From a virus, in the IMG/VR virus record IMGVR_UViG_3300030329_006193, positions 1 to 64,000 of that record: a stretch of DNA of 64,000 nt. One strand, 5' to 3'. Shown here piece by piece: positions 40,005-49,282 of this stretch (positions are counted from its first letter, which is position 1; the number at the start of each line of letters is the position of its first letter). The notes beneath the pieces were generated by a model. That model searched no databases. It was not told where the DNA came from and saw nothing but the letters and a program-made list of their open reading frames with translations. The position numbers and the translations under genes are program-made.

Positions 40005-40681
40005 TTTTGTTTAAAGGTCCTATACCGTTTTCGTAGTTTGTTGAGGTTATTCACCACCTGTTTGGTGTTTAAGCCTGTTATCTCCCGTAAGTACAAGTAA
40101 ATAGCTTTTTTGTTGAAAATTTCAATGGTATCCGCTGAATCTAGGAGGATCCTCACTGCCATCAAAACTTTTTTCTCGTTTTCTTTGAGCATAAAAGAAT
40201 CCCAGGTATCAATTTCATTATCCAAAGAGGTCCAGAATTCTACCTCAGTTCTCTTCTGTTCATACGTCGGATCGTGGGAAATTAAATCCTCTTCCAGCTC
40301 GTTGAGTAAATCTTCCATGAAGATTTCGGTCTGGTTTCTTTTCTGAGTTCTCTTAACCTTGTGAATAAACCAGTTTTTGGTTACCACAGAAAAATAAGAA
40401 AATGCTTTGGATCCCTTGCTCGGATCATATTTATTAAGGATGGTAGTGAGCCAAACTTTACAATCAGCTTTAAGATAATCAATATTAGGGAGCGTAGTGA
40501 ACCTATAGGTATAAATAATTTTGTCAACCATTTGGTCGAAAGCGGGTTGGATATATTCAATGTACAGTTTAGATCGTAATTCTATGTCGTCGGTGGACGC
40601 ATACTTAATGATTGCATCCTCGTGAACCGATGTAAAATAATGATTCTTAGTTGATTTTCTGCGCTTCTTCTTCGGCGGCAT
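39983..40681 (-). CDS. phage-encoded RNA polymerase sigma factor (gp55/late-sigma-like)
   Basis: NKYDPSKGSKAFSYFSVVTKNWFI resembles sigma region 2; C-terminal HTH-like LREITGLNTKQV. Confidence 0.72.
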   Translation of the reverse strand: MPPKKKRRKSTKNHYFTSVHEDAIIKYASTDDIELRSKLYIEYIQPAFDQMVDKIIYTYRFTTLPNIDYLKADCKVWLTTILNKYDPSKGSKAFSYFSVVTKNWFIHKVKRTQKRNQTEIFMEDLLNELEEDLISHDPTYEQKRTEVEFWTSLDNEIDTWDSFMLKENEKKVLMAVRILLDSADTIEIFNKKAIYLYLREITGLNTKQVVNNLNKLRKRYRTFKQKWENGEI

Positions 40682-40973
40682 TCAATTCTTCCTCCAACTC
40701 TTCGTCTAGAGAGTATTCAAATATTTCTCTAAACCCATCTATCTCTTCGTTTACCTCTCTAATACGTACCACTAACTCTTGGATAATTGGCTCACCATGA
40801 TAACTCTCCATGCTGTAGAGACTCTTAACAAACACCCGGAAAGCCTTGGTAGTTAAAAATAAATCAGCCAAATTTTCCGAGATAAAATAAAATTTCTTTA
40901 AGAGCTTGCTAACGTACCAGATAAGCAGCGCGTTAACACACAATGAAAGACCCAATACAATATAAAGATCCAT
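40647..40973 (-). CDS. membrane-anchored hypothetical protein
   Basis: N-terminal hydrophobic helix (LYIVLGLSLCVNALLIWYV), coiled coil, acidic tail. Confidence 0.6.
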   Translation of the reverse strand: MDLYIVLGLSLCVNALLIWYVSKLLKKFYFISENLADLFLTTKAFRVFVKSLYSMESYHGEPIIQELVVRIREVNEEIDGFREIFEYSLDEELEEELNAAEEEAQKIN

Positions 40974-40974
40974 C

Positions 40975-41223
40975 TTAGCGGCTCTCCTCTAGGTCTTCGT
41001 GCTGTTGGCGTAGCTCTTCCCGGGCGTCTTCGATGAACTCTTCGGTGACCTGTCCAATTTTAGGGGACTTTGTCTTCTTCAGAGAAGTAGAAAAGGTATT
41101 AAGCAATTTAATCCACGTATCGGACCGCAGACAAGTAGGGCACTCCTCTATCGTTTCATCGGATAGATGGAAGATTGTACTTACACTTTCACAAGTGTTA
41201 CAACGATATTGATATCGTGGCAT
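40975..41223 (-). CDS. FmdB-family zinc-ribbon protein
   Basis: MPRYQYRCNTC...ECPTC signature. Confidence 0.8.
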   Translation of the reverse strand: MPRYQYRCNTCESVSTIFHLSDETIEECPTCLRSDTWIKLLNTFSTSLKKTKSPKIGQVTEEFIEDAREELRQQHEDLEESR

Positions 41224-41229
41224 GAGAAC

Positions 41230-41418
41230 CTAAGAGCGGTTCTCTAACTCAGTAAGGCGCCGATTAATGTCGTTAAGATGCTTCTCTAATTCGCGAGAAT
41301 GGGATGTAAATGCTTCACGAAGCATCTGCCTTACCATGTCCCGTACAGTGGCGGCGGCCAAGGTCGAGCTGGGCGGGGGAGCCTCAGTAGTCTTACGTGT
41401 TTTGCGTGTAGTAGCCAT
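41230..41418 (-). CDS. hypothetical protein
   Basis: 62 aa with a basic N-terminus and coiled-coil C-terminus; GGAGGA RBS. Confidence 0.55.
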   Translation of the reverse strand: MATTRKTRKTTEAPPPSSTLAAATVRDMVRQMLREAFTSHSRELEKHLNDINRRLTELENRS

Positions 41419-41419
41419 T

Positions 41420-41641
41420 TTATTCTTCCTCCAGGTTTAGGGCTTCGGCGGTCTCAGTGACACTAACCCCGTCTAAAGACACCACCGGGGGGTTGGTCAC
41501 TACCAGGGTAGACTGACTTTGGTCGGCTGGGTCCACCTGTAGGTTCATATCCTTAAGAACCGGAACAATATCGCTCTGTTCCATTAAGGATTTCTGCAGC
41601 GCCATCATAAGGGCGCCAATCGCTTGATTTGACAATTTCAT
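41420..41641 (-). CDS. hypothetical protein
   Basis: 73 aa; AAGGAG RBS. Confidence 0.6.
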   Translation of the reverse strand: MKLSNQAIGALMMALQKSLMEQSDIVPVLKDMNLQVDPADQSQSTLVVTNPPVVSLDGVSVTETAEALNLEEE

Positions 41642-41650
41642 TTTTTCTCC

Positions 41651-42493
41651 TTATTCGGAAACTGCTCTGCCTTTAAGCAGCTCCCAATCTTTTTCTGGTC
41701 TAACTTCCAGATTCTTTTCCCACACCCCTTCAAGCACAGCTGGGGTCAGTCCGTTCATTTTAGCAAAATAAACCAATGCATTTAAGTCTTTTGGGAAACA
41801 AGAGCCTCCGAAGCCTCGACGGCCGTCCGGGCCTGGGGTAGATAAATGTGTGGGGCCGATACGAGTATCATAAAGAGCGTACTCCACGACCTTATCATAA
41901 TCCACCCCGCTCAATTCGCAAATTTGTTTAAACTCATTTGCAAAACTCACCTTGGTTGCTAGAAAACAATTAATAAAATATTTTACGGATTCTGCAGTCT
42001 TCGATCCTGTTTTAACGATAGGGGTTTGCTGGAATACTGTCCGGAACATGTTCTTAACCGTCGTGGTGGCCGGGCGCGGGCCCCCAATAATGATACGATT
42101 TTGATTCTTAAAGTCCTCGATAGAGTTCGCTTCCGTCAAGAACTCCGGATTAAAGACGATGTCGATATTCTCACATTCCGCGTTGAGTCTCTCAGTAGTA
42201 CCGGGGATGACGGTAGATTTGATGACCACAATGTTGTTTAATTTAAAACTATCAATTTGACGAACGGTGTCCTCCAAAATAGATAGGTCACACTCTCCAC
42301 TTTTTTTCATGGGGGTGGGCAAACAGGTAAATACAATCTCTACCTTTTCACAAACCTCTCTGAGCGAAGAACACGTAGAAAGCTCCCCTTTAAATTTGTC
42401 GTAAGTTTCAATGGTGAAATGATTTTTCATTCCTTCTCGAATCGCGGTTCCTACAAACCCTTGGCCAATTATGCCGATTGTTGAACTAGACAT
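41651..42493 (-). CDS. ugd: UDP-glucose/GDP-mannose dehydrogenase family, short form
   Basis: IGIIGQGFVG, CLPTP, IKSTVIPGTT, FNPEFL and GFGGSCFPKD. Start moved to ATG 42493 after AGGGGG. Confidence 0.85.
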   Translation of the reverse strand: MSSSTIGIIGQGFVGTAIREGMKNHFTIETYDKFKGELSTCSSLREVCEKVEIVFTCLPTPMKKSGECDLSILEDTVRQIDSFKLNNIVVIKSTVIPGTTERLNAECENIDIVFNPEFLTEANSIEDFKNQNRIIIGGPRPATTTVKNMFRTVFQQTPIVKTGSKTAESVKYFINCFLATKVSFANEFKQICELSGVDYDKVVEYALYDTRIGPTHLSTPGPDGRRGFGGSCFPKDLNALVYFAKMNGLTPAVLEGVWEKNLEVRPEKDWELLKGRAVSE

Positions 42494-43370
42494 CTGCCCC
42501 CTTTGGGAAGTTAAAGCATCGATGCATTCCCTCCGGAATGGCGACAGAAGCCGTCCATCCATATTCGGCTAACTTCGCCGGGTTGGCGCGCGTAGTGGCC
42601 ACCTCGCCTGGGCGCGCGGCTACGTAGTCGAACTCCACATCATGGTAGGTCTCAACGATTTCCTTCACTTCATTGAGAGAAATGTTATCACCGGTGCCCA
42701 CATCGAAAACCTCACCATTAAAGGGCGCGTCGTACTGCATGCAATGAATATTAGCGGCCACTACATCGTCCACATACACCATGTCTCGCCGCTGCTCCCC
42801 ATCGCCAGTAATAAAGGGGCGCTCATCTTCCAATAACGCGCGGCGCCAATTAGCCACAGCCGTAGCATAAGGGCCGTCGGCGCGCTGGTCTTCAGAGTAG
42901 ACGTTAAAGTACCTCAAACATACCGTATCGAGATCATAAACGCCGGAATATATTCCACACTCCTTTTCCGTAATAAGTTTCTGCAGGGCATAGGGATTGG
43001 TGGGCCCTGCGCCGTTGCCCACCACTGACGATGAGGAGGAATAAATAACTCGCTTTACTGACTTATTCTTGCGGGCAAAATTCAACACAACGGATCCAGC
43101 CATGACGTTGTTACGCATCGTATCAACCGGCTTCTCTAGGCAAAGGCCGATTCGTGGCCAGCACGCAAGGTGAAAAATATACTCTGGCTCAAAGTCTGCA
43201 TAATGGGGATGAAACTTGCCATCCGCATCTTCAGCCAAACAGGTGATTATATCATGGGGAACCTCTTCATTGAGATCTATGCCCATAACCTCGTGGCCCA
43301 GTTCTTTCAATTTTGCATAAAGGCGCGAACCGATGTATCCTTTATGTCCGGTTACTAAACATTTAGCCAT
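42486..43370 (-). CDS. NAD-dependent nucleotide-sugar epimerase/dehydratase
   Basis: VTGHKGYIG, YSSSSSV, PYALQK (YxxxK), LRYFNVY and GDGEQRRD. Confidence 0.88.
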   Translation of the reverse strand: MAKCLVTGHKGYIGSRLYAKLKELGHEVMGIDLNEEVPHDIITCLAEDADGKFHPHYADFEPEYIFHLACWPRIGLCLEKPVDTMRNNVMAGSVVLNFARKNKSVKRVIYSSSSSVVGNGAGPTNPYALQKLITEKECGIYSGVYDLDTVCLRYFNVYSEDQRADGPYATAVANWRRALLEDERPFITGDGEQRRDMVYVDDVVAANIHCMQYDAPFNGEVFDVGTGDNISLNEVKEIVETYHDVEFDYVAARPGEVATTRANPAKLAEYGWTASVAIPEGMHRCFNFPKGADV

Positions 43371-44367
43371 TCTTTACCTGCCCCTCAATCCAAGCATAAG
43401 TGCGTTCCATCCCCACTCGGAGAGCCTGTTCGTAGTCCCAACCAAGCTCCTCGCGAATGAGAGTATTGTCGGAGTTGCGGCCCCGTACACCCACTGGGCA
43501 TGGGAATCCATATTTCTCGTGGAAGCGATCTCCCTCAATGTTATCAATTGTAAGATTCTTTCCGGAAATGTCAATAGCCATCTCCGCAAACTTGTTGATC
43601 GCGATCATTTCTTCAGAGCCAATGTTTACGGGCCCCTCAAACGTAGGATGGTCCATAAGGCGCCTAGTGGCCTCTATACACTCATCAATATACAAGAAGG
43701 AACGCGTCTGTAGGCCGTCGCCCCAAACTTCAATCTCGTCGCCCTCAGCGGCTACAGCGACCTTTCTACAGAATGCAGCCGGGGCTTTTTCTCGGCCGCC
43801 GTCCCATGTCCCTTCGGGCCCAAAAATATTATGATAGCGAGCAACTCGAACCGTCAGGCCGTAGTTCCGCGCAAAAGCAAACCAGAGACGCTCACTGAAG
43901 AGTTTCTCCCAGCCATATTCCGAATCCGGCTGCGCAGGATATGCAGAGTCCTCGGTGCAGTTGGGGTTATCGGGATCCATCTGATTATGTTCAGGGTACA
44001 TACACGCCGACGATGAATAAAAGATTCGCGTGACGTCCTTGCGGACACACTGCTCGGCAATATTTAAATTAATCATCGCCGAGTTATGCATAATGTCCGC
44101 ATCGTTCTCCCCGGTGAAAACGAAGCCCGCTCCTCCCATGTCGGCGGCAAACTGGTAAATCTCGTCCAGGTCTTCGCTCACTACCTCATCACAGATAGTT
44201 GGGTCGCGTAGATCTCCCTGCACAAATTCATCCACTACCGCCGCTATATCAAAAAACTCATGGTACTTGAGATCGACTGCGCGGACCCAGTGGCCCTCTT
44301 CTTTGAGGCGCTTAGCCATGGCGCCGCCAATAAAACCGCCGGCTCCGCATACTAAAATTCTTTTCAT
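43363..44367 (-). CDS. GDP-D-mannose 3',5'-epimerase-like SDR
   Basis: GAGGFIG, AADMGGAGF, SSSACMYPE, YGWEK and HNIFGPEGTWDGGREKAPAAFCRK are GME signatures. Start moved to ATG 44367 after GAGG. Confidence 0.85.
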   Translation of the reverse strand: MKRILVCGAGGFIGGAMAKRLKEEGHWVRAVDLKYHEFFDIAAVVDEFVQGDLRDPTICDEVVSEDLDEIYQFAADMGGAGFVFTGENDADIMHNSAMINLNIAEQCVRKDVTRIFYSSSACMYPEHNQMDPDNPNCTEDSAYPAQPDSEYGWEKLFSERLWFAFARNYGLTVRVARYHNIFGPEGTWDGGREKAPAAFCRKVAVAAEGDEIEVWGDGLQTRSFLYIDECIEATRRLMDHPTFEGPVNIGSEEMIAINKFAEMAIDISGKNLTIDNIEGDRFHEKYGFPCPVGVRGRNSDNTLIREELGWDYEQALRVGMERTYAWIEGQVKNG

Positions 44368-44378
44368 ATTTTCCTCAC

Positions 44379-45107
44379 TTAAGCTTTTGTCATAAAGCAA
44401 ATGCCCTTATAAAAGTCCATTTGCGTAATATCGGGGCGCCCTATCTTAAGGCGGCGGGCCCATTTCGGGTGATCGCCCAAATCTAGTCGGGACAACTGAT
44501 CATGAAAAAATGCCAGCATCTCACTGCGGCGATTTGTGTAAGAATAATCCTCTGGCATCAGATGCATTCCGAACCATCCTGATGTGGCCCCATCAACATT
44601 GGTAGCCGCACGTTCCCGTGCGCGACAGTATGGCCCGTCTAAATCCATATATGAGACTCCTAGATCTTCAATAATATAGAGTCCTCCGGACTTTAACGAG
44701 GGGAACAAACCCTCGAAGGATGCCAGGGTTAAACTATTCACATGACTGCCATCATCAATAATAATATCGAAATGGCCCGCACTATCAATGGCCGCCTGCA
44801 TCACCTCGGGATCGCCTTGACTCCCGATAAAAATTTCTAGCCGGTCTTGCTCATACTCTTTGGTCTTAGGATCGATATCAATCCCATAAACATTAGCCTG
44901 AGGGAAATACTCTTTCCAAGTACGATGAGATGCGGCGCCATGGGGATGGCGGCGCGTAGCTCGTTTTACTCCAATCTCTAGTATGTTTAATTTCTCGTCC
45001 CGGCGCGGTTCGAAATACTTTTCGTAATGGGCAATATATCCATTAGCAACTTTATCGGTACTCCACTTCATGGCAATATCTGTCAAATTATCAAAGGGTG
45101 CAGTCAT
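44379..45107 (-). CDS. class I SAM-dependent sugar O-methyltransferase (MycE/TylE-like)
   Basis: LNILEIGV, VYGIDID, FDIIIDDGSH and GGLYIIED. Confidence 0.8.
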   Translation of the reverse strand: MTAPFDNLTDIAMKWSTDKVANGYIAHYEKYFEPRRDEKLNILEIGVKRATRRHPHGAASHRTWKEYFPQANVYGIDIDPKTKEYEQDRLEIFIGSQGDPEVMQAAIDSAGHFDIIIDDGSHVNSLTLASFEGLFPSLKSGGLYIIEDLGVSYMDLDGPYCRARERAATNVDGATSGWFGMHLMPEDYSYTNRRSEMLAFFHDQLSRLDLGDHPKWARRLKIGRPDITQMDFYKGICFMTKA

Positions 45108-45877
45108 TTTTTATCTCCTAGTAAGCACACGGGTGGCATTTCAAGCTTATGTCGACTTTGCAGATGCCTCCCGATGTATATTTTTAAAACTTGATTCTCT
45201 CGATCGGTAAGGCCCGTAAAGTCCGAGCCTTTCTCATCATAATACTTTAATGCCCATTCTAATTCTTCGTAGGATGCTCCAATTTGATCTTCATCGGAAC
45301 GATCATCTTCCCAGAGTCCGTCGGTCGGGGTCGCACCCAGTATCTCTTCGCTGACTCCCAGCGCGGCAGCTAGGGAGCGGACTTCACTTTTAAGGAGGTC
45401 GGCAATGGGACTTACATCTACGCCGCCGTCGCCATATTTAGTAAAAAATCCAATACCATAATCCTCTACTTTATTGCCGGTGCCAGCCACCATCAGATTA
45501 TGAGTATTAGCGATCGCATATAGTGCTGCCATACGGAGGCGCGATCGCAGATTTACTAGAGCCAAGGGGGAATAATCATCTCCAACATCCCGAAAAGCCT
45601 CATACACATAGGTAAGGTCGTTAGTTTGTTGATACACATTAGAATAAGTATTAGTAAGCCACTGCATGTGATTGTCGGAGCGGTGTACGTGAGAGACCGG
45701 CTGGTGAATGGGGAGACCCACGACCACTACTTTTAAACCTGTGAGGGCGCACAACGTCGAGGTGAGGGCAGAATCGATTCCACCCGACACTCCTACCACA
45801 TATCCGTCCACTCCCGCAGAGCGGGCCTTCTTGGCCAACCAAGACACTATAGTTTTCTTTATTTCTTGCGTATCCAT
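45104..45877 (-). CDS. nadE: NH3-dependent NAD+ synthetase
   Basis: VVGVSGGIDS PP-loop, NLRSRLRM, GTGNKVE, GFFTKYGDGGVD, PTDGLW and DEDQIGASY. Start moved to ATG 45877. Confidence 0.92.
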   Translation of the reverse strand: MDTQEIKKTIVSWLAKKARSAGVDGYVVGVSGGIDSALTSTLCALTGLKVVVVGLPIHQPVSHVHRSDNHMQWLTNTYSNVYQQTNDLTYVYEAFRDVGDDYSPLALVNLRSRLRMAALYAIANTHNLMVAGTGNKVEDYGIGFFTKYGDGGVDVSPIADLLKSEVRSLAAALGVSEEILGATPTDGLWEDDRSDEDQIGASYEELEWALKYYDEKGSDFTGLTDRENQVLKIYIGRHLQSRHKLEMPPVCLLGDKK

Positions 45878-45878
45878 T

Positions 45879-46724
45879 TTATTCCCACTTAAACCAGCCA
45901 TCCAAAGGAATCTGACTGAGATTCTTGTTGGAGGCCCCCTTCCAAGGGCGCCAAGGGCCATAGACTCCTACCTTTTCTGCATTACTCAAAACTGCCGCCC
46001 ACCACGATAGTGTACCATGTTCAAAGAGAATATTTTTGAACTTTCTGATAAAATTAAAATCTTCTCCCACCGTTCGTGTTTCCACATGGGGGTGGAACTG
46101 TGCAAAACCCTCAACTAGTTCATTAAAATAGGCTACTGACTCCTCGATAGGTACTCGGTTTTCAGGCGGAGTATCCACATGAAACTTCATATTTTGAAGC
46201 TCCGCGGCTGTCACCACATCCCACTTTGGCATATCCGTCACAATATGAAATTCGTCAAAATCAAACTTTTCTATGGCTCGTAAATAGTTTTCTACACGAG
46301 GTTTTGAATAAAATTCATTTTTCATAAAAAGACGATCCCCTGTCCTCATGTGAAGAACCAACGCATTATCTTCCCGTGATTCGACCGACGGATACCAATC
46401 TCGGATGAGTTCTAGATTATTGAAATAATACCGGTAGTCTTCAAAGTATCCGCTTAAATGTACGCGCGCATAGCCCTTCGACCGGTTGAATTTCTCGACA
46501 TAGTTGGCATCATTCATGTAGAGAGTATCGGAGCGGACAAAAAAGTCCTTCTCCACGAATTCTATCCCCAGCGCCTCCAAATCGGGAATGGCGTAATAAT
46601 CAGCATGAGGCGGTAGACAGCGAATGGGAACGCCCTTGGTATGTGCCACCAATTTAGCCGCTGTATGTTGAAAAATATTGTTTCCAAAGCCATTGGTCAA
46701 CTGCACCGTAACAAGATTATTCAT
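45879..46724 (-). CDS. GT11-like glycosyltransferase (alpha-1,2-fucosyltransferase family)
   Basis: GFGNNIFQ, LSGYFED, LHMRTGD and TLSWWAA. Start moved to ATG 46724. Confidence 0.8.
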   Translation of the reverse strand: MNNLVTVQLTNGFGNNIFQHTAAKLVAHTKGVPIRCLPPHADYYAIPDLEALGIEFVEKDFFVRSDTLYMNDANYVEKFNRSKGYARVHLSGYFEDYRYYFNNLELIRDWYPSVESREDNALVLHMRTGDRLFMKNEFYSKPRVENYLRAIEKFDFDEFHIVTDMPKWDVVTAAELQNMKFHVDTPPENRVPIEESVAYFNELVEGFAQFHPHVETRTVGEDFNFIRKFKNILFEHGTLSWWAAVLSNAEKVGVYGPWRPWKGASNKNLSQIPLDGWFKWE

Positions 46725-47427
46725 CTGACTTCTCCTCATACGTATAGCCGAAAGCCTCAATATCCGCCTTACACCGCGAGGCAACGATGTCTCTCAACTC
46801 TGAGGTATAATAAGTAGAATAGTGAGGTTCTGGTTTAATATCTTCCCCCGCATGATAACCTACGTGGTTAAGATGTGGTAACTCGATGTCTGGAACTCCC
46901 ATTTCTTGACATGCATAAGCAAAGTCTTCCACTATGTTCTCCACACGGCCTACAAAATCTACCATAAGAGTACCCGAGCGATCGCTAATATGTTCGATCT
47001 GGTTGCGCATATGCCACTTATCATGTTGATATTGATTAATCGGCATATCATAACAGGCTCCAATCTGGTGGACAAAGTCGTGAAATGAAACATTGCCGTC
47101 TTCTCCCTGCCACCCTCGATCTACCCAGCCGGTGCGCTGGCCAGTTCGAGTCAACCAATGCCAGTTAGAAATATACCTATCCCATGGATTCCTTACAAAA
47201 CAAAATTTAAATGTTTCATCCCAGCGTACACTTCCTATTACACTTTTCATCACTTCGGCCCGAGAGATATCAAAATTAAACATCGCCAACAGGGGTAAGG
47301 GGAGCATGGGATGTTGCAAGAATGAAGTCTTTTCCGTGATAAGACCTTCTTCTTGATAAGGTTCAAAAGCCGTCATCATGCTGGTGCCAGCGGCTTTGGG
47401 GACGTGAATAAAAATACCCTTATACAT
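46717..47427 (-). CDS. carbohydrate sulfotransferase (Sulfotransfer_2 family)
   Basis: 5'-PSB FIHVPKAAGTS; 3'-PB FVRNPWDRYIS; DFVGRVENIVEDF. Confidence 0.88.
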   Translation of the reverse strand: MYKGIFIHVPKAAGTSMMTAFEPYQEEGLITEKTSFLQHPMLPLPLLAMFNFDISRAEVMKSVIGSVRWDETFKFCFVRNPWDRYISNWHWLTRTGQRTGWVDRGWQGEDGNVSFHDFVHQIGACYDMPINQYQHDKWHMRNQIEHISDRSGTLMVDFVGRVENIVEDFAYACQEMGVPDIELPHLNHVGYHAGEDIKPEPHYSTYYTSELRDIVASRCKADIEAFGYTYEEKSDE

Positions 47428-48118
47428 TTTTCTTCCTTAAAAACAGTAAATCCCCGGCGGTCCCTTGAGATGAAAATTTCTCTACGGCGGCGAAGCCGCG
47501 GGCAGCCATGTAGTCTACGGTCTCTTGTCGAGTCATCGCGTCGTCGTAGCTCGTCTCGCCATATTCCATCCAAAATAATTGGATATTTCTTATAGCGTCG
47601 CCCATTCCATCCAGCACATCTTTTTCCGCGCCCTGGACGTCTATCCAAACAAAGTCGACGTCGCCTATGGAGTTTTTGATGGCCCAATTTAAGTACGTGT
47701 CTGTGGGGACGGTTATAGTTTCATCGAGGGTGTGGGCGTATCCTTTCTTCAGGGAGGATGATCCCGAATTGTTTAATTTTTCTTCTTCGTAGGTAGCCGG
47801 ATCAATCCAATCATATTTGGGAGGAGTGGGCGCCGCGTTATGCTCTTGATAACTTTGGTAAAACTGCGCTGTCCCTTTTTCGTTTGAGAGGGCTATCTCA
47901 TAAAGATGAACGCGGTCATCGTCTACATATTGTTTGAATACTTTAATATTGCGGGGGTCCGGCTCAAAACAGTGAAGGGTAATATGCGGAAATGTCTCCA
48001 AGAAGCGTAAAGAATCTTCCCCATAATGTGCGCCTATCTCTACTACCACCGGGTTATCTTTACCTAAAATTTTTCTTAGGAACTCAAACTTCGCTCCATA
48101 ATGCTTCATGACCTCCAT
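47420..48118 (-). CDS. FkbM-family methyltransferase
   Basis: VVEIGAHYG, CFEPDP and DFVWIDVQGAE. Confidence 0.85.
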   Translation of the reverse strand: MEVMKHYGAKFEFLRKILGKDNPVVVEIGAHYGEDSLRFLETFPHITLHCFEPDPRNIKVFKQYVDDDRVHLYEIALSNEKGTAQFYQSYQEHNAAPTPPKYDWIDPATYEEEKLNNSGSSSLKKGYAHTLDETITVPTDTYLNWAIKNSIGDVDFVWIDVQGAEKDVLDGMGDAIRNIQLFWMEYGETSYDDAMTRQETVDYMAARGFAAVEKFSSQGTAGDLLFLRKKNV

Positions 48119-48121
48119 GAC

Positions 48122-49282
48122 TTACTTCTTTCGCACTTCGTACAGAAATAGATCGCCGTAGAGGGCTTGAACGGTTTCTATGACCTCTTGCACATCCGAA
48201 ATAAGAACTTCATAACCCCCATAAGCGAGGCCGACAGCAAACTCTAGCTGTTGGGATTCCTCAATCATGGTGGACCCCTCCTTGTATGTCACTGACTCGA
48301 ACCATACCGTAATTTTATCACTGTAATTAGACTTGTCGTGCTGCCCAAAAGCTAAGGTCGCACTATCCTCCTTGGGATTGTTAAGCATGTAATCCTTGAG
48401 TTGGAACTCCAGATGTTTCTTGTTACTGTCATCGGTAGCTCGTGAGATGTCGGCGGCTACATTGATGTCGGCTGCGAAAATCCCTAGTGCGCGGTTGTCG
48501 CGAGGAAAACAGGGTCCTCCATAACCAAACCCATAACGGGTCAGTTTCTTGCCTACTCGACTATCGGCGCCGATTGCATCCAATACCACCTGCGGCGTGC
48601 CTCCTGCTTTCTTCACAATGTCACCGATCATATTGGTGTAGGCAATCTTAGTTGTCAAGAAACAGTTAAGAGAGATTTTAGTTATTTCAGCTTCGGTAGG
48701 GCTCATCCGACACACACGCGGCTCATTATCCGTCATACGTTCGTATAGCTCCTCCAATAGATTACCCACCATGGGGTTGGCCTCACCGATCAATACCATG
48801 TCTGGATTTTCTTGATCGCGGATGATAGTACCCTGTGCGATAAACTCGGGATTATATGTAACGGTCCAATTATAGTCTTCTAGGCGTTTTCCTAGTTCCT
48901 CGCAATAGCCGGGCATCGTAGTACAATTCATTACCAAGTGTTTGGTCTCGTTCTGAACCCCTCTCTCGACAAGGTTGGATACCAGACCTTCAATCTGAGA
49001 GTGATCATAGCGTCCGTTAGGAAGCGAAGGCGTTGCTACCACAACAAACAGGACATTAGAGTGGGCCAGCGCCTTGTCCAGGCTAGTGGTCGCTTCGAAA
49101 TTCTTGCTAGCTGCTAGGCGTACGTTTACCCGCGCCTCAGAGCTGTTAAAAGTCTTATCGTTGATGCTCTTCACATACGGCTCGTTAACATCCACGCCGA
49201 CCACGCGGTAGCCTGCGCGCTCCAGGCTTAGACTAAAGCAAAGCCCTAATTTTCCAATTCCTATAACACTAATATTATCCAT
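48122..49282 (-). CDS. ugd: UDP-glucose/GDP-mannose dehydrogenase
   Basis: IGIGKLG, VATPS, YNPEFIAQG and GFGYGGPCFPRD. Confidence 0.88.
   Translation of the reverse strand: MDNISVIGIGKLGLCFSLSLERAGYRVVGVDVNEPYVKSINDKTFNSSEARVNVRLAASKNFEATTSLDKALAHSNVLFVVVATPSLPNGRYDHSQIEGLVSNLVERGVQNETKHLVMNCTTMPGYCEELGKRLEDYNWTVTYNPEFIAQGTIIRDQENPDMVLIGEANPMVGNLLEELYERMTDNEPRVCRMSPTEAEITKISLNCFLTTKIAYTNMIGDIVKKAGGTPQVVLDAIGADSRVGKKLTRYGFGYGGPCFPRDNRALGIFAADINVAADISRATDDSNKKHLEFQLKDYMLNNPKEDSATLAFGQHDKSNYSDKITVWFESVTYKEGSTMIEESQQLEFAVGLAYGGYEVLISDVQEVIETVQALYGDLFLYEVRKK

Noticed and set aside
41651-46784. Long N-terminal extensions given by the ORF track (starts 42562, 44400, 45961, 46784; likewise 3057, 2378, 61511, 63320, 63571)
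   Set aside because: They overlap upstream genes; downstream ATGs with an RBS or stop/start coupling match the family N-termini.
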